A stretch of DNA of 64,000 nt from Balanoglossus misakiensis (Eukaryota > Animalia > Hemichordata). Shown in pieces: positions 1-12,900 of this stretch (position 1 is the first letter of the stretch; the number at the start of each line of letters is the position of its first letter). The position numbers were made by a program, and so were the translations under genes. The stretch is from NCBI GenBank assembly GCA_040954595.2, contig CM082576.2, positions 15,857,028 through 15,921,027 of the forward strand. Direction: 5' to 3'. Below the pieces are notes generated by a model. That model saw only the letters and a list, made by a program, of their open reading frames with translations, was not told the DNA's origin and made no database searches.

Positions 1-740
1 TCTCTCGCGGAGGCGCGGTCACCCCTCGTTCATGTCGCTGCGCTGTAGGAGTTGCTCTAAAAAGGCAGCCAGGCTATTATAAAGATGTGTCAACATTTAG
101 TGATCGTTGGCCTTATGTGACAGAAATTGGCTCGAACATCATAGGACCAAAGTCTGTAGTGTGTGGATTCACCAATAAGTACCTTGCATAGACTTTGTCA
201 GGTGACACCGTGGTTCGGAGATGTAACACTTAAACGACGCATCGCGAATAAAAAAAACTTAAAAAAAACTGATAAAACAGTTTGTATTTAATTTTAACTA
301 CTGGTTCATTCTCAAATCTTTCCGTATATACAAATATGACCCAGGATTACCTTGAAGTGATAACCACTTCACCCTAAACAGCAACCCTCTCCTTTACCAA
401 GAAAGCATTGCATAATCTAACATACATATGCGAACATTAAACATATGTCAATCGACTGACAGCATACGTGATTGTCACTCACAGGGAATTCAAAAGGATT
501 GTATAACAAATGCCTAACATCTGCATTCCGTAAAGAGTTATACCATAAATGTTAACATTGGTGGCCATAGATATATTCAAGCCCTTTAACGTGTTCTTTT
601 TTTTTCTGGTGTCAGATCATGCTACCTGTTTTCTATCCCCTTCCGTTATTTTTAAAAAATCCTATGACAGTTATAATGGTCTTGATAATGGAAGAAAAAT
701 AATAAGAAATGTCTCGATTGATATATTGTTCTGCATACGT

Positions 741-910
741 TCAGATAACTAAGCTTCTTCCTTCTTGTCCTCTACGCGGTCGCTTCCTGCGTACGAACAA
801 TGCTTTACAGGAAACCACGGTCACGAACACTGCCGCTGCCACAACGGCGGCGATGCTGATATAAAGCCACAAGATATCTCTGGTCGGAGTCGTTTGCGGG
901 TTGTCCAAAC
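741..910 (-). CDS. Terminal exon of LRP-like gene: TM helix and short basic cytoplasmic tail
   Basis: Acceptor ctttcggtag|GTTTGGAC; [55 protein letters not shown]. Confidence 0.8.
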
Positions 911-3900
911 CTACCGAAAGACGTACACGTGGAGTATTTTTGGTTATGAATACTTTAACTGAATTTAAGGAAATGTTACACAATCATACAATTCATAAGC
1001 CTGCAAAGAAAGGTTTAGTCAAGTTGGTACAATATTTTCTTTAATAATATACCTCGTGCTAATACTGTGTCGTGATTCGCCAGAATCCGTCACGTGATAG
1101 GAAAAAAGAAACGACTGTGAATCCCGAGGGAAGTAGCAGAAAAAATATAAACCGGTCACGTGACCAGCGTGAGTTCACAGACTCGGGTCATGTCAATCAG
1201 CGTCGCGTCGTTGGCGTAAGGTTTATTATAAAACACCTATTGCCTGGCCTATATTCAGGCCATAGCAGCCGTTTTTATCCCCTTACGGCCTCGAGAAATA
1301 GCACGTGATCCTGGTAACTCACAGCCCCTCGGGGGTAATAAACGGCTGCTATGGCCCTCATGGCCGGGCAATAGGTGTTCAATATTAACATATGTGTGTG
1401 ATAAGATACCCATACACTGGAATGCACAACTGTCAAATATCTTCAGAGGAGACTCGGTTAAATACCATAAGAAAGGGTTGTACAAAACAAGATGAAAGTG
1501 GAATATGTGATAAGTTTAACAACAAATGTCACTTCTATGCAGTTTAATACGACGAGCCATGTGTTGTTTGTCCCATGAGAATGCCCCCCCCCCGAATAAA
1601 CTGCCCAGCCACACTGATCTCGCAAGCGTCTGGGAGTTGACCAAATAGTCTATTTAATTCTATTAAACTTCAAATCTTTTTCGATACAAAATATCAGAAT
1701 TGTGGCCTCATAACAATCAATCATGTTAAACAGTGAAATTGTAAAAAACTATTTTAAGACTATTTTCAAATCGCCACAAATTGAAGTAGTTCCAATCGTG
1801 TTGTACAGGCGATTAGCATAGTTTACGTTCACTTACACTGAAATTTCGAATAACTTCCGACGTCTTCGGTGTATTGGTCGTCAGCACAGGTCTTGCATTC
1901 TAGTTGGGCTTCCAGATTTTGGTATGTATTGGCGCCACAGAATGTGCACTGGTTGTCTGTCACGTTGTAGTAAGTTCCAAAAGGACAGATTACTGGAATA
2001 TACGAATTGAAATGAACTGTTTAAGTTAAAAAGCGCGGTAGGCCTTTTGTCTTAGAATTTTTGAAAATCTCGACGGTAATAGAATGTTACATGGCACTTT
2101 AAAACGACATTAGCACTACACTTGACATTTTTTCTATACTGAATTCACTTGTTGTTTTTAAGCTAAACACATTTTATAATGCTGAACAAGATAGTGAAGA
2201 CGAAACACAGAATAAACAAAAAATGACAAGTTACAGATAACGGAGGTTTCAATTCATATTTCCATACGTACAACACCCCTGCGCTGTAATCGCTTGACCT
2301 TCCAAGCAACTTCGTACTGGTGCGCGTACGATGAAGGAATCCATATCAACTTCATACACTGTGCCATTAACATCGACTGAAAAGTTGTCATTCTTTACAA
2401 ATTCTTCGATTCTAGCGATGGTCTCGTTCAGGGATTTCTCAAGGCCCTCGTTGATGGCAGGCACGTCAGTGGCGGGGTTCGTAGTGCGGTTATAACTGAT
2501 CATATCCGCAATTACTTCAATCTTCAATTCAATGACAAGATCGTAGTCTACCGACCGTTTGCGTCGCTTTCTATTGGCACAACGCCAATTGATGCTATCC
2601 CGGTTGCACAGTCGATTACCGCCTGTTGTGACGCACAGTTTGTGATCGTCCAGGAGTGTCTGAAGTTTCTCTATAATTTCGTCAATAAACTCTTGTTTCG
2701 TTTCACAAACACCTTCATATGTGAAAGTCACGGCCTGCTGCATTTTGTGTAAGCCAAGTATCTCTGTAAAATTAAACAGCATTTTCATTGTTATGTTAAT
2801 AATCCTTCTAAACTTGTGAGGGATCGTGCTGACATACCACAGAATACAGTTTTATCATCAATGTGTAGAAGATTTATGTTGTGATTGACGAAAACATAAT
2901 TTGATATTATTTTGGTGAGTAGTTCAACAATACTTGTAGATAATGTGTTCACTAAATTTTACAAATTAGCTGTTGATTACACCTACACCAATTTATCATT
3001 ATGAAATCTACATTCTTGGTGTAGTAGTTGTTCTTGGTATACGCCAATGTGAACATGGAAATCTCCACAGTTATCCGTTACTATAGAAATAAAATGTTAC
3101 AACGAGAATTGTGGAACAGAAACTTTTCACACGTGAAATACCTGTATTTTAAATTGACTGCTCACCTACGCACAGAGGTGGAGACTTGGGCACCCAAGTG
3201 TTATCAACACACGTTAACTTTGTTTTGCGAGGTTTTACAGGTCTGTAGCCATTTTGGCAATGTAAAATGCAAGAGAATCGTCCATCTGTATTTTGACCGC
3301 AAGCCAATCCTCCATTCGCTGGCACGATGAGATCGTCTTCACAGCTACCTGTCAGCAGTCATTTGAAGGATACATTATTCAGTTTCTCAAGTTAATGCAA
3401 ATTTGATGAAAATACGGTTATTTGATTATCTTTTTTTCATATCATTTTAGGTGTGTTGAATTATTATCACAAGTTTTCTCTCAACACAAGCACAATATTC
3501 ACATTGACTTATTTAAACGCCTTAAAGGGACAACGTCTCTTTCTCGCCGCCTTTTTTTCGTTAATTATGTTTGATACAAGACACCCTTTATGTTAATTTA
3601 CATGTGTTTAAAAGTAAATGAACGTTCAACCACAGACAACTTCCATTCCGCTGGTATGATATGAGAGTAAAAAACTCGCCCAAAATGAATAAATAGTAGA
3701 GACCGATCATTTTGGCGAATTTTTCTCTCGTGTCTACAAGTGTGATGTAAGTTGTGTGTGGTCAAAAGGTTAATTCACGATATATCCACGGGAACATTAA
3801 CATAAGCGGTGTCTTGGAAAAGGTGCAGCGAGAGAGAGACTTTGTCCCTTTAATGTAACATATAAATAACACTGACACTTCATAATTTAAAAATGCATTT

Positions 3901-6900
3901 TTTTCGTAGATTTTCCCCCAGCTAAACCAATTATAGGTAACTAATTGACATCCCATGAAAGCAACATTGAGAGACCGACTATAGGGTCTGACTAAGGTAA
4001 GGTTAGTTTGTGTAGCAATAATTGATATTTGGGGTTTAAGTGTCCATAAATCATCGGTGAATCATTATATATTCGATGCAACCATTCGTTGAGACAACTG
4101 TGACATGGTTATGAATAACTGCAATAGTATGAGTTAGAGGGGTGGAATAACAATTACATTACTTACTCGGGTTGTGCTGAAGGACGACAATGAATGTACA
4201 CGTTTCCGTGTTTCCTGATGAATCCAATGCTGTCACTGTTACAGTAGTGCTTCCCACCGGGAACAGGCTTCCACTGTCCCTTGACGACGATGGTGCAATA
4301 TCTCCGTCTACGTTATCGTAGGCTACAGGATCTGCCCAATACATTTTAGTTTCCGTGCCGCTTGCCGAACCCTGGGGACCGGGAGGACAGGACAGGCGAG
4401 GAGGTTGCTTGTCTAGACAGATTTAGAATATTAATTTAGTCATATCGCTCATTGAAAGTCTTCCTGCGGTTGAAAATTTATAAAGAATACACAAATCAAA
4501 TTCCGTCGATACTCGAAGCATATCCGCCATGTCGTTGCAGATATGCACGAATTCTGTATTCATAAAAAGATAGTCTGAAAAAGGAATAAAGCAAAATATA
4601 AAACTATTGATTTGGGACCTTACCATGTAAACTGCCTAGCCACGCGAGATCTCGCAGGGTCTCGTGGAGTTCAGAACATGGTCTATTGCCATAACTTACC
4701 GACAACTTTGATTCTGAATGTACAATATGCATCTTTGCGTCCATCCGTTGCATGGACAGTGACGTGTTTCACAAACTTGTCGAATTCTAAACGTCCTGGA
4801 ATCTGGATGCTTTGGTCAAGGATTGTGTGAATAATTGGTTGACCCCTGCCATCGACTGCTTCTATTGGTATGTCATTGATATATGCATAACTCTCATCAA
4901 CTTCCACTTCATATTCAAATTCCTCGCCCTCGGGACATATCGTGAAAGATGGGCCTGGGTCTGAAAAGGGATATACATGTAAGAACTTATAGTTAAACAA
5001 TGTTTATAAAAAGAAACATGATATCAAATCTAACATGACTCTATACATGTATGTGACCTTGTGATACAGAACCTTTTTATCGAATGATATGCGGTTTTTT
5101 TCCTGTAGCTATCTTTACATGAGTGAATATAGCAGAATGTACCTCATTGCACGTAACCATTTACCATAACAGTCAGATTTTGATCGAAATACAAACTTTA
5201 GTAATCAATAGTACCAGTTCAATAATATTTATCATTCTGTATTTTGAGTTAACATTGTAGCTCACTTTCAAATTCAATCTAAAATTGTTTGGTTTACGTA
5301 AATGGATGGGCCTCTAAATTCAGTGAAATAAATATATAAATAAGCAATGGTCAAAATGAGATTAAGTTGTATGAAAAGTCTATTGACTAAATAAACCAAT
5401 GTAGTTTGCCAAACTAGGGTCATGAAAAGTGAGTACGATTTGTGCGCTCCCTTACCGATTGTGGTTTTTGTAATGGTTGTGGCACCATTGGTTGTTGGTG
5501 GGTGTGTACTAGTGCGGGAAACAGCTTCATGTGCCCGGGTTGTGGTTGAGGTCGTGGCCAATGAAGGACGACCACTGCTGTATTGGTGTGTGGTTTGTGT
5601 GGTACTGGTAAACGGCTGGTCTTCTGTGGCAGTGGCTGGTGCTGCCCCACCATTTGTCTGGAGTGTAGTAGCTTCCGACGACATCACAGATGACGGACTC
5701 GTAGTTTTAACCGTAGTGGTTTCATCAATCGTTGGGGTCTGGTGTCTAGTGTTTGGACCATGATCTATTGTCGTGCTCTCTGTTTTGCTGTCGGGTACTA
5801 TTGAGGTAGAAATACATATGCCCAATTACGTTAAAACAGACGATACTGTATAAACCCGGCATTCTGCTGTGTTGTAGTCCAACATACAATTACATGGTGG
5901 GGACAAAGTCTCTCTGTCGCTGCCCTTTTGCCATTAATTATGTTTGATACAAACACTGTTTATGTTATTCTACATGTGAATATATAGTGAATCAACGTTC
6001 CAACTCACACAACTTCCATCCCACTTGTAGACACGAGAGTGAAAAACGCGCCAAAATGAATAATCGGCGTTTACCATTTATTCATTTGTGCGAGATTTTT
6101 ACTCTCATATCCTGCAAACAGGATAGAAGTTTTCTGTGGTCGAACATTGATTCACTATATATCCACATGTTGAATAACATAAACAGTGTCTTGTATCAAA
6201 CATAATTAATGGCGAAAAGGAGAGCGAGAGAGAGACTTTGTCCCTTTAATTATCATACACTGTGGTATATTGTGTTACGAGGTTGTATACGCTGTTGGTT
6301 GTAATCTCGTACATTTCGGTAAAACTGAATTGCCTAAATAAAACGAAAAGAAATATTAAACACATTCAGATAATGCTATGCCATCGTTTGATTATATTTC
6401 CAATACTTGCTCACTTACCAGTCGTAGTAAGTGCCTTTGACGTGGAATCTCTGGTAGTTTCTATGTTAGACCTCGTAGTGGAGATGTGCCAATTTTCGCG
6501 CTCTGTCGTTGTATCCTGTACAGGGTATCTAGTGCTGTATTGGTTCGTAGTTTGCTGATCACTTGTCGGGTGGTCGTTGATTTCTGTGGTTGTTTTTGAT
6601 TTCTCAGTGGTGGTGCTTGTGGCACGTTCCCAATGCTGTGTGGTAGTCTCCACGTGGCTGGTGGTGATTGTAGTCTTAGCGGGTGAGAATGGCTGGGTAG
6701 TGGTTGCATCACTGATTGTCGTCAATGTCGTCTTTTTTGGACTGCTGTGTGTGACAGTTGTGTAGCCAGTGGTCATCCGTGAGGACGGAGAAGATGGCTG
6801 GGTAGTGGTTGCATCACCGATTGTCGTCATTGTCGTCTTTTTTGGACTGCTGTGTGTGACAGTTGTGTAGCCAGTGGTCATTCGTGAGGACGGAGAAGAT

Positions 6901-9900
6901 GGCTGGGTAGTGGTTGCATCACTGATTGTCGTCATTGTCGTCTTTTTTGGAATGCTGTGTGTGACAGTTGTGTAGCCAGTGGTCATTCGTGAGGACGGAG
7001 AAGATGGCTGGGTAGTGGTTGCATCACTGATTGTCGTCATTGTCGTCTTTTTTGGACTGCTGTGTGTGACAGTTGTGTAGCCAGTGGTCATTCGTGAGGA
7101 CGGAGAAGATGGCTGGGTAGTGGTTGCATCACTGATTGTCGTCATTGTCGTCTTTTTTAGACTGCTGTGTGTGACAGTTGTGTAGCCAGTGGTCATCCGT
7201 GAGGACGGAGAAGATGGCGCATGCCCAGTGGTGGTATCGTCGCTTGCTTCTTTTGTACTGGTGGTGCCCTCGCTTGGCAGGTCGTTTGTTGTGATTTTGC
7301 TGCTAAAGGTTGTTTGAATGGAAGGCGTGGAATATCCTTGGAATATGGGAGTAGTTGTTTGATCTGGAGCAGTAATTATAGAAATGAAAGAAGCTGTGAG
7401 CAGAATGACATGTGAAACTGCATTATGTGCATCATGAACTTAATGCCGCAATTATGAATCATTTAGAGAAATGTGAATTCTGGGTACTTAACATCGTGCA
7501 ATAGGTAAAATCACATTATAAGAATTGCATTATGGGGGAAGGGTCGATAACTCACTGTAATAAGAGGTAGAAGAAATGATATGGTAACAGCATTTCATGA
7601 CTTCCTTTGGTCAAACATGTCTGCCTTTGTTATTAGCATTTAAAACTCGTTCCAATCTTTTAACAGTTTATAATTTTATTTGTTAGAATTTTCATAAATG
7701 ACCCAATATAACTTAAGCTAATGGACAAGAAACTTCAGCAGTTACAAAAATACAAATTCTGAAAACATAGCAAAAGGGTAGAGTTAATGGAGATTTAAAT
7801 TATAATGACATGGAGAATATTGTTAGTTACCTGAAGGTAGCATCTGGAAGAAATGGATGTCGTTGGCTCTTTGGAAAATGCTGTGCCCAACGCCGACGAC
7901 ACCCCCTCCGGATTCCTTGTCTGCCCGCTGCAGTTGCCTTTGATTCCAATCCGTCCAATAGATGTTGTCACCAACAATGCACAAACCGAACATGTGGACA
8001 TTTTGAAGCTCTAGATTGATCAGGGTTATCCTGACATTTGATTGGAGGATAACATACTCGATTCTGTCACGATGGGCATCACACCAATAAAGCCTTCCTT
8101 CTGCAGTATCAAACATTTAATATGTTCTATATGAGAGGAGTCTACCAAAAGGTTTTCAATGTGGAATAAATTTATTTTCAAAATGCGCACATTATACTAG
8201 TATTCATTGCATATATGTGTGATGCCAACATTGAATGGTCAACTTCTGCTGTTTTTTACTGTGCTAAATCCGTTCTTTTCAAGTGCAAACATTCACGTTT
8301 CGACAAAAAGTCGTTTCTTCTATAAAATGTTATCCTTATCACATATTCATTTTAAAGCCGAAATAAATTGTGAAACGGATATATACCTTCCTTATCCAGA
8401 GCCAATCCATTTGGCCATCCAAGATCTGTAGACACTAGAGTCTGCCTGCCCATACCATCCAGATTTGATCGTTCAATTTTAGGTGAAGATCCCCAATCCG
8501 ACCAGAACAAACTACTGTTATTATGGAATTAAATAAAGTTTAAATATATAAATTTCAGGGTTTTCGTAATTTGACATGCGACTCTAAATTTTCCAAAGTT
8601 TTTGAAAACGCACCAGTTAGCTCTTCGGTATGGTACAGGCCAACTGTACGAGTCACTAACCCCATGGGTGTTGGGAAGTACAGTACAGTGCAGTACAGTA
8701 CAGAAGCTTAAAACTTACTCGTTTTCGGCATCCACAATAATAGCACGAGGTTCCTCGAGATTGTCCGAGACAATCAGTTCACGACCACTGCCATCCAAAT
8801 ATGCTCGTTCTATTTTATCTGTCCCAGTGTCGGTCCAATACACCTTCCGATTTACAACGTCGAGCGCCAGACCATCGGGTACTGTGAAATAATCCATATA
8901 TACGTTGGTGACACGTGCACACAAAATTGGCCAATCCCACCATGACCAAACCGTTGTCTCCTCTATTCAATTCCGGCTGCCTTAGATAGGTTTTCACTTT
9001 GCGCTAGGGGGTCAAATCACATTGAATTCTGGGCGAAAAGTCGACAACCCAGTGTAGTAAGAGATAGAAGAAATGATATGTTTGGGTATTTCATGACTTC
9101 CTCTGGTCAAACATGTCTGTCTTTGTAGTTACCATATTAAACTCATTAAACTTTTTTCACATTTTGTTATTTTTTCTGTTAAAATGTATCAGAATGACCC
9201 ATCACTTTAGCTTTTGAACTCCCATTTCTTAAACGCGTCAAAAATCGGCAATCTTGAAATTGTGTCGACCATATGAGATTTTCATTACTCACTTATAGGT
9301 AGCTTAAAACCTATTCAAGGTAGGGAGAATTGGCACCGCAGTCATGAAAAGTTGGCATGCGGAGCACTCCCCTCAGCCACGTTCTTAATCTCCAAGTGAC
9401 CTTTACATCCTAGCATGTTGTTGGTATGAGGTCACCATTTTGAGATTAAACTTTGGAAGAGTCAATGATACAGTTGAATTTGTATAGACTAACTTATCCT
9501 AGAAAAGTTTTTTTTTTTCTGAGACAAAAAGACTGAATTTTATATATCAAGTTAAACGATGATGTCATAGACAAAAATAGGATATAAAGTCATTCGGAGG
9601 ATCATCAAATTGGCCTATATCAGTAGCTGACTATATTAAAAAAACGTTTTGCAAAAGTCAGTACACTTTTAACCGACCGAACAGAATTTATCCTCAACGC
9701 ATTGAATATGAATCATAATTAAACGCGGAGGCTTCATCCGCTCGTTGTAACCGTTACAGACTGACACACGCTGTCAGTACCTACTGCAAAATTAGCCCCA
9801 GTTGGCATGGAAAGTGGATTCCGACCAACTCATATATTTCGACTGGCAAGCCTGTGACAAACTGTGCCAATACGTAAGCATTCAATGACTTGGGCGCACC

Positions 9901-12900
9901 ATGTTAACCATATATAAACAACTGGAAATAAGAGGTGATTACAATGATTCAACTAAGAATTAAAGAAAATATAGCGTCGACTTTGAAGCATATACTTACT
10001 GACTATATCAATGGACAATATGATTTCTTGTTCATTGCCATCTAACGACGCCCTGCTGATGGTTTTGCTTTGCACATCTGTCCAATACATCTTCTTTTCA
10101 ACATGGTCAAAGTCCAGGGCGATTGGATTTGAGAGGTTCGTCAATGGCATGTCAATGTAATCCAGAGTAGGTGACAATAAGTTGATGTAGAAGATTTTTC
10201 CCTGTGAGTCCGTCACAAGGAGAAAATAATCCAATGCAAAGTCTGCAATAGAAAATGATAGTCCTGTATCTACTGTGATCGAATAAAAATGTCAAATTGA
10301 CGGATATGGTGTATAGATGCGTGATTGCGTGTATGGTGTATCATCCATGCATGTTTGAAACACGCTCCTAAAGGAATACTAGTACACTGCAAGAAACGGC
10401 GTTCAAACGTTGGCTGGGTCGCGTGTCCGAAGATGATGGGAAGAGAGCAACATATCATTTAATGACGAAATTGGCACTTGATGTCCATGGATGAGATGGA
10501 GGATAGTTTGAAGTTGCGATACATATTGTCGCAAGCTCTTCTGAACTTGTGCCGTTCACTTTAGCAGGTAATCAAACCATAAAGAGGCTTTTGCAAAGTA
10601 TATGAATCTGTTAATTAGCTTACCTGGTGTACACGATGTCCCATCAGCGTGCAATACGTACCCACGGATACACAAACACTTGTGGCCGTTGGGGTCGCCA
10701 ACACACAGCTGCTGACATCCGCCATTGTTGGTAGTACAAGGACCTTACGGGATGGTACAGAGTATTTCACTCAAGGTATGAACAATGAAGCTTTCTTGCA
10801 GCCATAATAACCCCAAGCCCAAGCGATGTAATAATCAAAAAGAATTTAAGAAATACCAACGACTATATGAGGTGATCTACATACTGGATGAGAGCGATTT
10901 TAATATGAAACACACATTCCATGACAAAAGTGTGTCCAACTCCACTGATGCACGGACGCTTCACGAAGCACACTATAGACAAAATAGCTGTTTTGATACA
11001 TTCAATTTATCATGTTCATAACTCCAATTTTAATACCACTCCTGTTATCGATTGTTCTATATAACTAATAAAAGGGAATCTTAGAACTCACTTTGACCCG
11101 GCTGTTGCCTCCATTCGGACCAGTATGATACCCCCACAGGTAAGAGGTTATATGTTATCCCAACGTTGATGGTTGTGTTGGCTCGGTTTATTAAGTGTAT
11201 GTTTGCAGTTGCAAAATCGCTGACAAAAATGAACTCCTGTCAAAGCAATTATCACACACATGTTGAAGTACTATTTGTAAGTAGATTAAAACAAAAAGAG
11301 AAAGTCTCAGAATGGAATTATGAGAATACAGGAGATATTAAAAGTTATGAATTCTCTATGACTTGCCTCTGATATGGTTAAGTCAAAGGGAAACTGGAGA
11401 ACGGAACGCAATTGAGGGTCAAATTCACTGACTTCATGTGGATGGTCCAGATTAATTGACATGACAGTATTTAATCCGTCGTCCGTCCAATAAAGCCTGA
11501 AAGGGAGACAAATTGATCCATTAAGTCCTGGATAGGGAGTTCAAGTGGGGGGGGGGGGAATCATGAAAACTAGAGTGAAAGAGCTTATTCGCCTCCTTAC
11601 TAGAATCTGCGCTGCGTGGCGCCGTCCCACATATCCAGAAGAGACAAGTATCCAAGCCATTGTATCAAATCCACGTTATAACACGTCACGTAATTGCACA
11701 TGCAAAATGACGTGAACAGGTCATCGCACATGCGCAAAGACGTGGGCTGGACAAAATGGCGGTGTACATCCGAGGGTCTTGAAACACAACGCTAGGGACG
11801 AGCCTCCCTGCTTACCTATTTTCTGCATAGTCTATGGACAAACCACTTGGTAACTGTATACTGCCATTCCCATGTGTTTGTTGACTTACGATGGTTTGAC
11901 GATGTTCGCCGCTTAAAGTTGACTTCTCAATTCTAGGATTCGCTCCAAGGTCACACCAGAAAAGATACCTACACAGGAGGAAGAAAATGATAATATCAAT
12001 GCAACGAATATGCCGTTGTTCCGATATAACATATGTTTAAAATAAAAATAAAATAAAATAGATGATCGATTTTGATTATTTTGAAGTTTTTTTAAATACG
12101 TCAAAAATATTGCTATTAGGCCTACTTTTTAAAACTATTGATAAGATCTGTAAGGAAAGAAGTAAGCCATACCCTTTACTTGGATAGACAGCGACCCCTC
12201 TTGGCCTGTCTAGATTTGAGTAGATCAATGGATATGCGTATTGTCCATTGTAGTCAGACACCATTATCCACTTATACAATTGGTCAGTCCAATAAAGCTT
12301 ATTGGACATCCAGTCTACGGCCATGACCTCCACAGTGTTTGAAATACCACCATATATTGGTTGTACTAATCCATTTGCAACATTGTATTTGTAGACCTGC
12401 TTGCCTATCTGGTCTGTGGCGAAGATGAGGTTGTCATGGTAGTCATACCCTAATGCTGTCAAGAACGCGTTGGTTCCAGTGAGTAGTTTGTTTGCAGTTA
12501 CGATGTAGCCGTACGTTACGTTTGTATAGATTTCTCGACCGTCCCCTTGTATCAAGAGCAAATAGGACGGCGAACTCGGGCCTGCTGACACTGCCGTCCA
12601 CAGCAATCCCGGTTCCGACAGTACTTGAGCTCTTGCAACAATCACTGGGAAGAAGCAAGAAGCACACGCATGACAGCAAGGGAGCAGATTTTAATACACC
12701 ATTTTTCGACCTCCACGTCACCTGCGAGATCTCGCGTGACTGGGCAATTAACATGGAAGGATATTGTCAAGTGACACAGGACAAAAACGCATGGCCCACC
12801 GTGTTACTTGTTACAAAAGTTACAATTTATCTTAAACTCCAGGTTCATACAAATTTGGCTTTTGTACTACTTGGCTAGCCACCCGTTGCGAGATCTCGCA

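Noticed and set aside
12443-12754. ORF 12443-12754 as the signal-peptide start of the LRP-like gene
   Set aside because: Wrong frame; its hydrophobic stretch is the polypyrimidine tract of the acceptor at 12645, and a better exon 1 lies at 14499-14454
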